A stretch of 64,000 nt of DNA from Guillardia theta CCMP2712 (Eukaryota > Protista > Cryptophyta). Below, in pieces: positions 1-11,279 of this stretch. The stretch's first letter is position 1, and each line of letters begins with the position of its first letter. The translations under genes and the position numbers were made by a program. The DNA lies in NCBI RefSeq assembly GCF_000315625.1, contig NW_005434664.1:124001-188000 (forward strand), read 5' to 3'. The notes under the pieces are model-generated. The model did not search any database. It saw only the letters and a list, made by a program, of their open reading frames with translations, and had not been told where the DNA came from.

Positions 1-3000
1 CAACACCTTTCCATTCATCATTAGTGATCTACCTCGTCAAAGGCACTGCAAGCTTCCCATAAGGGAATGAGGTTGTTGGATGCTCTTCCGCCGCTCCTAC
101 GATATGATGTGAGTTTTACGATTCTGCTGCTCTTCTTCACCTCAATCCTGCAAACACAGGTGGACGAGTTTCTGTTTTCAAAGCCTGGCCATATGAGAGC
201 TTTCCTAAAGGATATGTGAGTGCAAGAATTTACACTCGATGATATCGCGTTGTTGATCATATCGCGTTGTTGATGTTCGAAATGGAAGGCATCCGGTTCG
301 AGATCTGAAACACGTCATAATTGACGAGCAAGGTTTCCTGATTGTGACTGAAAATGGCTTCGAAGAACGTTCAGAGGTAGAAGCTGACTTGTAAGGATGT
401 GATGCGTTATCTCATGTCTTGGGCAGGTTCTGTTCATTGAAGACATCTCCTACGTGACTAGCCCGTGAGATCGAGCTCTTTCCTCGCGCTTTTCTCAAGT
501 TTCACTCGAAGGTTTCTACCCTGGTCGCTAAGAAGAAGCGAAGCTCAGATGAGGGACAACTCGACTCGGGTAGATGGCTGACGCTATGTCTTCCTCCTCA
601 CCTCTCTGTGAAGGCTTGGGAATCTGGGAACGGCAAGTCGCAAGTGCAAGGGGATCTACATGAGTCTTTGATCCTCTCTCAGGTCAGCTGTGTGTCAGTT
701 TGTTTCCTCTTGTGTGAAGCTCGTCAGGTGCACGCGATACTGATGGAATGGGTTCCAATGTCAGCGAACGAGTTCGGTTGTCATCAACACAGGACTCATT
801 TCACGCGTGATGACATTCTTCGCAGAAGTCTTCCTGGAAAAGTTTGATGTACGTCAGGGGTAACCGACGTTTTGCATTTCGTTTTCAACCCTCTGAAGAT
901 GCTGTCACTAGGAACCATAAACGGAGAGTTACAAACATGTTTCAACAAGTCGGAAGTGGGATTTTATCAAAGACTGTAAGCTCCTCAAAAGCTGTAATTC
1001 TCACCAATGAGATCATTCGCAGGGGAAAGACGTTCCTTTGATCAACATCTTGGAGTACAAAGAGAACGATTGTCTTAACTTCGAAGCAGAGATAGGGTCA
1101 GCGCTTGTTTCGATAGACGAATACCTGATGGTGATGATGTTGCAGCTTCAAGAACGATGAGGGGATCTGCCAGGTCGAAGAAGTTGCTGCTCACATCAAC
1201 GCAAATGGGATCGTCGCCTTCGGAGCCAGGGTGGAGGCGATTCAGAACCGATTGGCCGACGATATTTCCATGGACTTGTTGAGCAGACTGCTAACAGACT
1301 TGCAAGTCGACGTCTCTGAGATGATGGAAAACCTCTTGACAACCGCTCAGAATCACATGCTGAAGAGCGCTTTCTGGGGCAACTCAAGCTCTCGATCGAG
1401 ATTCGTGTTGCTCTTCACCTCCAAGATTGATCCCTTGCTCAAAGCAGACGGCTACCTCGATCATGGCGAGTATGAGAATGAGATGTCGCAGGTGATAGGA
1501 CAACTGGTCAGAGCAAGAGATTTCGGGAACAAGAACAACTTTATCGTGGTTGCACAGAGGGGAATGCTCGTGGTAGGCGACCGTTTGAGAAGATACGATC
1601 GTTTGATCTTCATGCTCTGCGAGCTGATCGCCATGAATCAGTTCGCAGTCGTGCTGTACAAATGGACTTCTAACATCCAGAGCGACCTGCAGAGGCTTCG
1701 AATGCTCACAAACGTCCGAGACCCGAACCCCAACCACTTCGACGAGGCGAGGCAGTTGAGGAACGAGACGTCGGAGGACATCGCGTGCCTGGAAGAGATC
1801 ATGATCAACCTCAGCGGGAACTTGAAGAAGGTCCACGTCCCTCCTTCTCCCTTCGAAGACTTCGGGCAGAAACTCTACGACTTCCTCGAGCTCAAGAAGA
1901 CTCACGACAACCTGACGAGACAAATCGAGGACCTGACCAGCTTTGTCTGCTGCTACAAAGCTGAGGTGCGGAGCATCAGCGTCAACCTTCGGACTGCTCA
2001 GAACAAGCGGGAGAGAGGGACCGTCCTCAAGCTGGAGCAAGAGACCGGGAGAATGATTCAGTACTCAATCTCTGAGAGAGAGCAGACCAGCGTCTTTGAG
2101 ATCATGCTGGGGATCATCGCGTTCAAGTTCCTGCTGGTCTTCCTCGATAGCTTCATCACCGCAAGGTCTCGTTACTTCGGGATCGCTGCCCTCATCGATT
2201 CGTCATCCAACTCTTCTACCGGCTCTCCCACCATCGCTGGCTTCTCCGTCGTCTCCACCAGCAGCATCGGAAGTCCGCTGAGCTCGAACTCATACTTCCC
2301 CTTGCAGTGGGCGATTCAGCTTGACAAGATCCCCTTCTTCACCATCGTGTTGCACCTTGTGTTTTGTGCTCTGTTCCTCGTGCTTCTAGCAAGAGCTTAC
2401 CGTCATCGACGACATGATCCGGTCCGAGACGTCAAGATTCAAACGGATTTACATGTCAACCTTGAGAACCTTGATGCCTTCGTACTGCGGCATAAGAAGA
2501 AGCGCATTGAAGTCGAGAACGATTTCAATCGCCATTTCAAGAAATACCAGTTCGTACCAACTGCAAGGGTATGGGGGCCCAGCAAACCCAAGATCATCGT
2601 CATGGTTGATACGTCAACGACGAGGTTGATATGGGCAAGCATCACAAGAAATGAGAAGCTGTCGTTGTGGCGATGGCTGCTGCAATTTGTAATCTACAGG
2701 AAGTTCTCGGGCTTGTCCATGAATGGTTTAGAAGAAGACACGCTCAACGACATTCTGTTGGATGAGTTCTCCAAGGTAGAGTCACTTGCAGACAAGTCTG
2801 TGGTCTGGTTTTGCTCACTGAAACTCGTTGCAGGAAGGCATACTGGTCGACCCGGACGCAGTTGTTGAACAGGAGAGTAGTGCTGTTGGAGAGGAGCAAG
2901 TGGAAGAGACGAAAGTAAGTCAGCAGGAGGGTGAAGACGATGAGCAAGAACGGACGCATGATGAAGACATGTCCATGGGCAGCGACTATGATGAAGCAAG

Positions 3001-3016
3001 GCACGATAAGGTATAA
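1..3016 (+). CDS. Multi-exon uncharacterised membrane protein with CorA-like topology (long helical funnel plus two C-terminal TM segments); probably 5'-truncated by the window edge
   Basis: 545-aa ORF 1231-2868 has coiled-coil-like helices, then two hydrophobic segments (IMLGIIAFKFLLVFL; FFTIVLHLVFCALFLVLL). GT-AG introns upstream; last acidic exon ends TAA 3014-3016. No canonical GMN motif seen. Confidence 0.5.
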
Positions 3017-3104
3017 ATACAACTCAACAAGAACAACCACCAATATGTAAGATACAGTAAACAAGTTGAAGACATCCAAGTCCGAGCGTCAGTCTGTCGT
3101 TGAC

Positions 3105-4040
3105 CTAAACCGAGTTCTCCGAGAGCATCTTCACGAGCACGTGCTGAGGTACTGAGACCCCGCAGTGTCGTATCAGACTCTGGTTGGTCTCCTGCCGATG
3201 CTCCGATGGTCGCGGCCATGCGCTGGTCTTCAGCACGCTCGCGTAGCCTCCAGCCTCAGCAGCGCTCGACAGCTCCATGGCCTCCGCAGACACGCCAGGA
3301 GCGCAGAATGAGCTCGCTGACTGCCTGAGAGAGCTTGTCAAGACATGCGCACTGGACGGAGCCGGAAAATGCGAGGCAGCAGCAAGCAGCGGCTGCTGTG
3401 TTGCGCTGCAGGATGGGGCTGCCTCGGGAGAGCCCGTGAGGATGTAGTCGATTAGGATAGTCTGCAAGGTGCTGGCAAGGGAGGGCATGCGCTCTCCGAA
3501 GATTCGAGGGACAGCGCCGTCCGAGCACAGCTTCTGTAGATGATCGAAGATTCCTTGCGATCGAAGCATCTCCCGCTTGGACGCGTTTCGTCCTCCTCCC
3601 AGACACAAGTCTCTGCTGGAGTCTGAGGTCAGGTACTGCAGATCTGACGGCTCATGCAGCATGTAGTGGGAGATGGCGGCTGCGATGGCGTCGTTGATGT
3701 CTGTCGGGCTGAGCTGAGAGTCGCACGACACCGAGCATGAGCCCGCCTTCCTCTTCATCACCGCATGCTTCAGCAGGCGGAACCCGAGCGACGAGAACTT
3801 CCTGACCCTGGGAGCCCGAGGCTTCGCTTTCTTCCTGGTCGAGAACGCTTCCTCAGCATTGTGCAGTGACAAGTGCGAGTCAAAGCGCGGAGCGTGTCGC
3901 TCCTGCTGCTGGCACGCCATGACGTCTGCGTCGTCCTCATTCGTCCCGTCGATCGAGTTGTGCTGAGCGTCCTCCCATTCGCTGGCTCCAGCAGTGTCGT
4001 GAAGTTCAACGCTACCAGCATCCGGCTCGAACGAGTCCAT
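3105..4040 (-). CDS. Hypothetical protein with basic NLS-like patches
   Basis: Long open ORF (ATG at 4040) with coding-like codon usage; RKKAK and KRK patches; no domain recognised. Confidence 0.55.
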   Translation of the reverse strand: MDSFEPDAGSVELHDTAGASEWEDAQHNSIDGTNEDDADVMACQQQERHAPRFDSHLSLHNAEEAFSTRKKAKPRAPRVRKFSSLGFRLLKHAVMKRKAGSCSVSCDSQLSPTDINDAIAAAISHYMLHEPSDLQYLTSDSSRDLCLGGGRNASKREMLRSQGIFDHLQKLCSDGAVPRIFGERMPSLASTLQTILIDYILTGSPEAAPSCSATQQPLLAAASHFPAPSSAHVLTSSLRQSASSFCAPGVSAEAMELSSAAEAGGYASVLKTSAWPRPSEHRQETNQSLIRHCGVSVPQHVLVKMLSENSV

Positions 4041-4863
4041 GGGAGCCTGAATGGGCACGAGTAAGAAGACCCCTCACGAGAGAACGCGCAGCATGCGATC
4101 GTCTGAGACTCTCTGCTAAGTGAGTATTGAGAGTGAATCATCTCGTTGCTTCCTGCACTCTCAGCTGACCCCATCCTTCCCTCCTACTTTCAGCCTTGTC
4201 ATCCCCTACACCTTCTTCGGTTCGCCAAAACTTGTCTCCTCGAATCCTCGCATTGGCCTTCTCCTGCTCCGTTCCCTTCCCTCTGCATCTTCTCTCCTCT
4301 CCTCATCTCTCTCCTCGCATCTCCTCTCCTCTCCTCATCTTTCCCTACCTCTCTTCTCTGTCCCTGTGATCGTTCGGTTCACCCCGATGCCGTAAGGGGC
4401 GCAACGAGCCAGGGGCAGCTCGACAGCACTAGTGAATTTTCCTATGATACAATTGCTGTCTTCTCAAATTCGTCTTGCGGCTCCTTGCGAAAATGGAGGA
4501 ACAAAGAAGTGGGAAGAAAGTACAGCGAGAGGGGGAGAAAGAGAGCGGGAGAGGACAGAGGAGACGGGGAGAAGGGAAGGAGAGAAAGAAGAGGAGGATT
4601 GTGACATGACAATATCATGAGGGGAATGCTATTACAACACAAGGTGTTGATACAGTAATATAGTTTAATGATAGACGTAGGTAGAAGAAAATTTAGATGG
4701 CCCGCCCTTGGATTGTTGCATACTGTGCTGTTTCTACAACCGTTTGACCTGTCACTGCAGGTATGGGAAGACTACAGTGATGAAACGAATACGATCGATC
4801 TTAAGCACATTCGTTGAGGCATGAAGGGCTAACGTATCTTTGTCCAACAACTTTGCCTTCTTC

Positions 4864-7800
4864 ATGCCGCAGCGTCTGGACAGCATGCGGTCGCTCGTGC
4901 ATGCAGGAAGGTTGCTGTCCTCTTGCATCACCAGCAGAGCCAAGCACCAAGCGTGCAATGCTCCTTCCAGGCGGAGCTTCTCCGTGATTTTTCCTGACCG
5001 TCATCATGTGAACGTCTTCGGACGGAAAATGTCTCAACTGAGCGAAGCTGAACTGACAATGCCCGGGGTGAGCACGACGGAATGGTTGGACAATAGGACG
5101 AAATCAGCCAAGGGGATCGGAAAGTTTGAGGACAAGCACTGGCCGATGCTACAGAAGCTTGCTTCCTCTGGTCCGGGCAACGCCAACACCTTCAAGAAAG
5201 TCAGGTACACCTTGCGGCAGATCGATCGCATCCTGGACGTGTTCGAGCCCGGTCAGCTCGCACTCTCCTTCAATGGCGGGAAGGACTCGACAGTGCTGAT
5301 GCACCTGATCAAAGAAGCGTGCGACCTTCACCCCACCCACAGCTTCACCCACATCCAACCCATCTGGTTTCAGAACCCTGACAATGAGTTCCCTGAGATG
5401 CAGCAGTACGTCCGACAAGTTGCCGACGAGCACTTCACGTACGATGAGGGTCTCAAGACGGTCGCAGACGAGAAGCTCAACAGGCTATGGACTATGCACA
5501 TCACCAACCCCAGAGACTTCATCGACGCGCTCGTCTACCTCTCGTCCTCCACCGGCCTGCGGTGCATCATCATGGGCAGCAGGCGGACGGACCCTGGCTG
5601 CAGGGACCTGTCGGGCATCCAGCTGATGGACCTCGCTCCTATCTTTCTCAGCTCGACCCTCACCCGCCTGAAGCTGGAGACAAGGTTGAATATGCTCAAA
5701 CTTGAAGGTGACCCCGGAATCCCCGGCACCTGGAGCTCGACGATCAAGGAGCCTTCACTGATGCGGTTCAGCCCCATCCTTGAGTGGTCCTACCGAGATA
5801 TCTGGGACTTCATCCAGGCGTTGGAGGTGAGTCCAGCTCCCTTGTTATCTCTTGGGTACTTCTGAATGTGGAATGTGTTTGCAGCTCCCGTACTGCAGCT
5901 TGTACGATGAAGGTTACACCTCCATCGGGTCCGTCATTGACACGGTCAGAAATCCTGCGCTCCTCCGACAGAACATGGAGCCGCTGCTGACCAAGGTGGA
6001 CGAGTACTTCGACCCGACAACCTCCCTCGGGAAGAGGTACGCGGAGATGGAGGAGCTCAAGATCCGCAACTACAAGCAGCTGGGGGCAGACATCTACGGC
6101 GAGAAGTACGAGAAGAAAATCGACGCCTCCAGACTCGACAAGTACTTTCCAGCTTGGAGCCTCATGGACGAGAGCAAGGAGAACGGCTCTAGGATCAAGG
6201 CTCTCACCCAGAGCGCGATTGGGCCCGACGGCCAGCGGTCCAACACAGCAGGAGACACAGCAGCGGTGCTGATCATCGGAGATGAGATTGTGTCCGGTCT
6301 GATCGAAGAGGACTACTCTCACATCCTTGGAGGAGCCCTGCAGAACGTGGGCATTGCGCTGAAGCAGGTGATGAAGATCGAGAATGACGTCGACGTCATC
6401 GCGTTCATGGTAAGGAGGATGAGTCCAGTACACAAGTACCTCTTCATCGCCGGAGGAACCGGCGCTGGGCATGAGGATGTCACGCTGACGGCTGTGGCGA
6501 AAGCGTTCGGGACGGGGATGCAGCGGCACCCGAAGCTGCTGGAGCTGATCATCAAGTGCATCCCCGAGGAGAAGATCACTGACCTTCACCTCAAGCTCGC
6601 AGACTTTCCGTTCGGCTCGGAGATTGTCGGCGAGATCCCCTCGGTGAGAGATGGGAAGGAGAGGTGGGGGATGGGAGGAAAGCGGAGATGAGGAGGGGAG
6701 GAAGGGGTTGGAGGGATTGCAAATGAAAGCACGAGGGATGGAAGATTGGCAGGTGGTAGGAGTGGTAGGGGAGGTAACGCATGTACAGGTCGAGCAAAGT
6801 GAGCAGGGGGACTGGAACAAAGTTTTGAAGAGATGGCCTATCATCAAGAAGAACAACTGCTTCATCATGTCTCACCGCCCTGGCATGCTGCCCACCATGA
6901 TGCGGTCGCTGCTCCCTAAGATCAAGAGCTCCCCCTTCCACGTCACCAAGATCACCATCGAGATGGAAGAGAACCATCTCGTCTGCGAGATCGCTGACTG
7001 GGACGCGATGTTCGACAAAGTACACGTTGTGTCCTTCTCGCACGAGGGAGCGGGAGAGGACGGGGCCGATCACGTTATCATCCGTGTGGAGAGCAAGAAC
7101 AGGAATCTGCAGCAGCAGGTGGTGCGAGCCATCCTGGAGAAGGTGGATGTGGATAAGGTGGTTTCTATCGACGATCAGCACACCTTCGATGCCGCACATG
7201 CCGAAGACAACGAGGCGCAGAAGGTCTACGAGAGGAAGTTCGGTGAAAACAGCTCAGAACTCTTCTCTCCCCCTCCTCTTACCGATCTTCAGGTCCCTCC
7301 CTCACCGTCCTCAGGGAGCAGTTCGACTCCATGGACACCGACGGGTCGGGGACGCTCGACAAAGAGGAAATCGGTCAGGCGCTCAAGAGCATGGGCTTCA
7401 ATTTCTCTCCGGGAGATCTTGATGCTGCTTACAAGGCGGTGCGACTTGCGTTCCCGCTCCTGCTCCCGCTCCCGCTCCCGCTCCCGCTCCCGCTCCTGCT
7501 CCCGCTCCCGCTCCCGCTCCCGCTCCCGCTCCCGCTCCCGCTCCCGCTCCCGCTCCCGCTCCCGCTCCCGCTCCCGCTCCCGCTCCCGCTCCCGCTCCCG
7601 CTCCCGCTCCCGCTCCCGCTCCCGCTCCCGCTCCCGCTCCCGCTCCCGCTCCCGCTCCCGCTCCCGCTCCCGCTCCCGCTCCCGCTCCCGCTCCCGCTCC
7701 CGCTCCCGCTCCCGCTCCCGCTCCCGCTCCCGCTCCCGCTCCCGCTCCCGCTCCATTTTCAGCACTTCTTCCGTCTCCATCTCCATCTCATACTCCTGCT

Positions 7801-8309
7801 CCATCTGCTGCTCCCTCCTCTTGTCTTCACCCATTATTCCTTCAGTCCCTGCTCCTCCCTCCTCCTTGTGTCTCACGACCTCGTCCAGGTTGACAGCAAC
7901 AGCGACGGCGAGATCGACTTTGGGGACTTCGAGAGGTCGGTGAGGCGAGCTTACAAGGCCTCCTACCGGCTATCGGACAAGGAGCTGGCGCAGCATTTCC
8001 ACCTCAAGGACCAGGACAACGACGAGCTGGTGGACTGCGAGGAGTTTCGGCAGCTCCTGAAGGAGCTGGGCTATGACAACTTCAGCCCGGTCCAGGTTGA
8101 CAGAATCTTCCAGCAGGTCAGCTGGGAGTGTGCTGGGTGGGATGGGAGGAGGGGAGGAGCGGGGGTTGAGCAGCTAATGAGTGACTTCAACTTGGCAGGT
8201 GGATGTGGGGAACAAGGGCAAGATCAACTGCAAGGAATTCAGCAAAGCTCTTCGCCTGCTCACAGCCAGTTTGGAGTGGCTCAAGGGAGGAGGCGGAAAC
8301 GCTGAGTGA
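4864..8309 (+). CDS. FLAD1: FAD synthase (PAPS-reductase fold) + MoCF-biosynthesis/CinA-like domain + C-terminal 4-EF-hand calmodulin-like domain; basic Ser/Arg-rich N-terminus resembling a mitochondrial presequence
   Basis: FADS motifs LSFNGGKDS, GSRRTDP, PILEWSYRDIW, LPYCSLYDEGYTSIG; MPT-binding motifs IIGDEIVSG, GGTGAGHEDVT; EF loops DTDGSGTLDKEE, DSNSDGEIDFGDF, DQDNDELVDCEEF, DVGNKGKINCKEF. Exons join through introns at about 5827-5884, 6644-6789, 7243-7292, 7439-7888 and 8117-8198. Confidence 0.85.
7452..7754. repeat. (CTCCCG)n hexanucleotide microsatellite, about 50 copies, intronic
   Basis: Directly visible; lies in the intron between EF-hand 1 and EF-hand 2. Confidence 0.97.
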
Positions 8310-8447
8310 GGTCCGTTACCTCCCCTGCTGCTTCACCTGCCCTGCGCGAGGCTGCTGCCGGTCTGGTAGGAAGAAAGGACGTGGACCTTCACTGAAATAA
8401 AGCTTGATTACATGAGATTCTACTTACAGACCCGAAACACATCAACG

Positions 8448-9323
8448 TCACTCCACCAGCCCCGTACTGCCTGGTCGAGTTTGGAAGAACGTTATAACAT
8501 CTCCTGCATCGTACAAATAAATCTCCCCTCCCAGAAGCTCGTAGATCGGACCCTCCTCCCCGCACAGATCCCCGAAGCACGCTAGCGCCGCAGGGTCTCC
8601 TGTGAAGATCCCCAAGCGGGCTGACAGGAGTTGGGCATCGGCTCCGAAGCGACCTGCCAGCTTCTCTGCGAGCGAATGCTGGGGCAGCTCCTGCTGCTGC
8701 TGCTGCTGCTCATACTCCTGCATCAGATCCGAGGCGTTGATCCGCAAGGGCCCTGCTCCTCCTACTAGTTTCCCTTGCAGGCCCTTCTTTGCCGCACTCG
8801 CATCCTCGTACCTCGAAAAATTGACAAACGCGCTGGAGGATTCGGGCAGGATGTTGACGGATGGGACCCCGTGGATCTGCGGATTACAAAGCTCCCCGAA
8901 CTTCTCGAACGCGTTCCGAAACTCTTCTTCCTGCACCAGAGTCGCATGTACGTTGCCAACCCACAGCCCAAAAAACGGAGGTCGCTCCCGCTGCCCCTTC
9001 TCTGCAGTCAGGATCACTTGCTTCTGTGGCGGCTCATCCTGCTGCCTCTTGTGCCATGATATTGATAATCCCGGCCGAGTGATCTTGCCTATCAGGGCTC
9101 CTTGCAGCCCTCTCAGAGCAGCGCAAGCGTGATCGTAACTTGCAAAATTCACAATGGCAGCCTTGTTTTCTACCAGGAGCTCAACAGCACGGGCTCCATG
9201 CTCTCTTGGTTTGCACATGTCTCCATACCTTGCAAACGCTTCCCACAGATCCTTTGCATCCACTCTCTCGGGGTCAACGTTTCCCACCCAGAGAGCAAAG
9301 GGAGGCTTTCGACCAAGGCTCAT
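8448..9323 (-). CDS. Two-RRM RNA-binding protein
   Basis: Two RNP2 (LWVGNV) and RNP1-like (AAIVNF, SAFVNF) motifs, then poly-Q and an unknown C-terminal segment. Confidence 0.85.
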   Translation of the reverse strand: MSLGRKPPFALWVGNVDPERVDAKDLWEAFARYGDMCKPREHGARAVELLVENKAAIVNFASYDHACAALRGLQGALIGKITRPGLSISWHKRQQDEPPQKQVILTAEKGQRERPPFFGLWVGNVHATLVQEEEFRNAFEKFGELCNPQIHGVPSVNILPESSSAFVNFSRYEDASAAKKGLQGKLVGGAGPLRINASDLMQEYEQQQQQQELPQHSLAEKLAGRFGADAQLLSARLGIFTGDPAALACFGDLCGEEGPIYELLGGEIYLYDAGDVITFFQTRPGSTGLVE

Positions 9324-10139
9324 GCCGCACTAAACTTAACCAATTGCTTCCTCCTCCTTCCCACAGCGAAAAAAACTTCTGGCGAATTTTCAGCGATCTT
9401 CTTTGTGTTATCTCCAACAGAGCGATAGTGTCAACGATGTCTCAATCATGTAGTATGGCAACGAAATAAGACCATGAACCCCAATAGATGAAAACCCTGG
9501 AAGTACGAGTCAGTGTCATGCGAATCGACAGAGTAATTGGTTCATGTTGTCATAGTATGTGTTAGAAAATGCTAATGTTGGTGAGTTATGAGGTATGTGA
9601 TGGTTTCTTGCAATAACATCATGTAGCAAACACTCAGCCAAAGCTGCGAAAATGAGCACGACGAATTATTGTAGCTAAGCATCATCTTGCACAGAAACAA
9701 GACAGGTATAGTGACTGATATCATACTTAGATCAAAATACAATCATTCCCTCTTTGTGTGCATCTCTCGAATGAATGGTCTTGCCGCATCAGACAAAACA
9801 TCAAAAAGGGCAACGGGGTCCCAGAACGTACTGAGGTGTTACAGAAGTAGGCAAGAAATCCTGCAAGACTTGAAAGCTTGAATCACGGTTCAAAGAATCC
9901 ATCATTTCATAATGAGCTTTGGTTTCCTTCTTTGTTCACCTCCTCTTTATGCCTCCCTCTTGCAGATTCAAATGCTGTGACATCAGTGAAACAATTGCCC
10001 GCTCTACACACGCACTTTCCAGTTCCTCTCCTCTTCACCATCCTCAAAACTTCTTGTTTCATCATCTTATCATCTTCATATCATCTACCAACAGAAAACT
10101 TTCTTCCTTTTCTCCTCCTCCTCTTCCTTCGCTAGAGCC

Positions 10140-10790
10140 ACCATGTAGGGACCGCCGAGGAGCGCCCCCGCCATTGTGCCATTGCGTTCCCCACGGGTTC
10201 AAATCTGAGTTGGGTGGGGGCACAATGATTTCATAACTAACCTTTTAGTATGTAAATTGATACTGTATTATCAACCAATATTGATGTAGGTAGCAAATCA
10301 ACGGGTATATCACCCTTTATTCGAACTATTACAGTTGTGTGTCACCCCTTCTCCACTCCATTCGGGGTCCTACAGAGCCCGTTGATAAGGGTACCCCCAC
10401 CCTTTACCTCTCGAATACCCCCTTGCCATTCTACCCACCCTTCGGTCCATGCTCAGTCACTGTACCCCTACTTTTGATATTATTTGGACCGGTATGAGAT
10501 GATACGACCACCCTTGTAGTCACCTTCCCCTTCAAAACGACCTCTTGCCTTCCAAGTCACTACCCCTACCTCAAAATGTCGGTAAATTTAAGGCTTATGG
10601 GTGGGTACTCGTTGTACCCCTACCCCAACGTGTGAAATCCTCCGATGAGTAAAATATTCACCGCACACCCAGTCACTCATGGCCGGGCCGGCGAAACCCG
10701 GATGTCAAATAGGTTTTGAGCCTCGGATTATACAGTGAGGCGGACTCGCTATTTGCCAGGCCCAAGTTCAAACTTGAAACATGGCGGGAG
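10140..10790. other. Intergenic island A (TACCCC-rich tract, GC-rich core, AAACTTGAAAC motif)
   Basis: Non-coding, between divergent RRM and APC4 genes; shares motifs with islands at about 29, 36, 44 and 46 kb. Confidence 0.55.
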
Positions 10791-11279
10791 GAGCGAACAG
10801 AGGAAGGGACGGGATGCAGTAGAAGGGGGGAGAGGAAGAGAGCAAGGGAAGTGAAACAGAGGAGATTTTTATCAAGACCAGGATCAGAAGAGGATGGGAG
10901 AGAGGGTGAGAGCGAGGGAGAGAGGCCAGAAGGGAGGTGCAAAGGAGGAGGATATCAGTAGATAGGGGAGAGGAATAGCGTGATCGAGCAGCGAAAGAGC
11001 GTTATATACAAGGAGAGCGACAGATGGGGGACTGAGAACCATCATTGGTAATTGACATGTCGTTTTATGCTGCGGGGTGCGAAGAGGGGGGAAGGAAACG
11101 GAACGAACAGCGCATAGGCTTGTAAACGCCATCTGACACCAAATATAATCTAAAGGATTTGTGCGCTAAAGAAATCTGGAGGAGAGAATGAGGAAGACTG
11201 ACGGTTCATCTCAGATCTCGATGCGAGGAATCACCCGACATTGACGTTTTCACCTGTCGAGCTTCGCGGTGCCTCCATC

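Noticed and set aside
7289-7943. SR-, ER- and LP-dipeptide repeat ORFs resembling an SR protein
   Set aside because: Translations of the intronic (CTCCCG)n repeat; splicing it out restores the EF-hand pair.
10380-10630. Interstitial telomeric repeats
   Set aside because: TACCCC/ACCCTA words are dispersed and degenerate, not a tandem telomere array.
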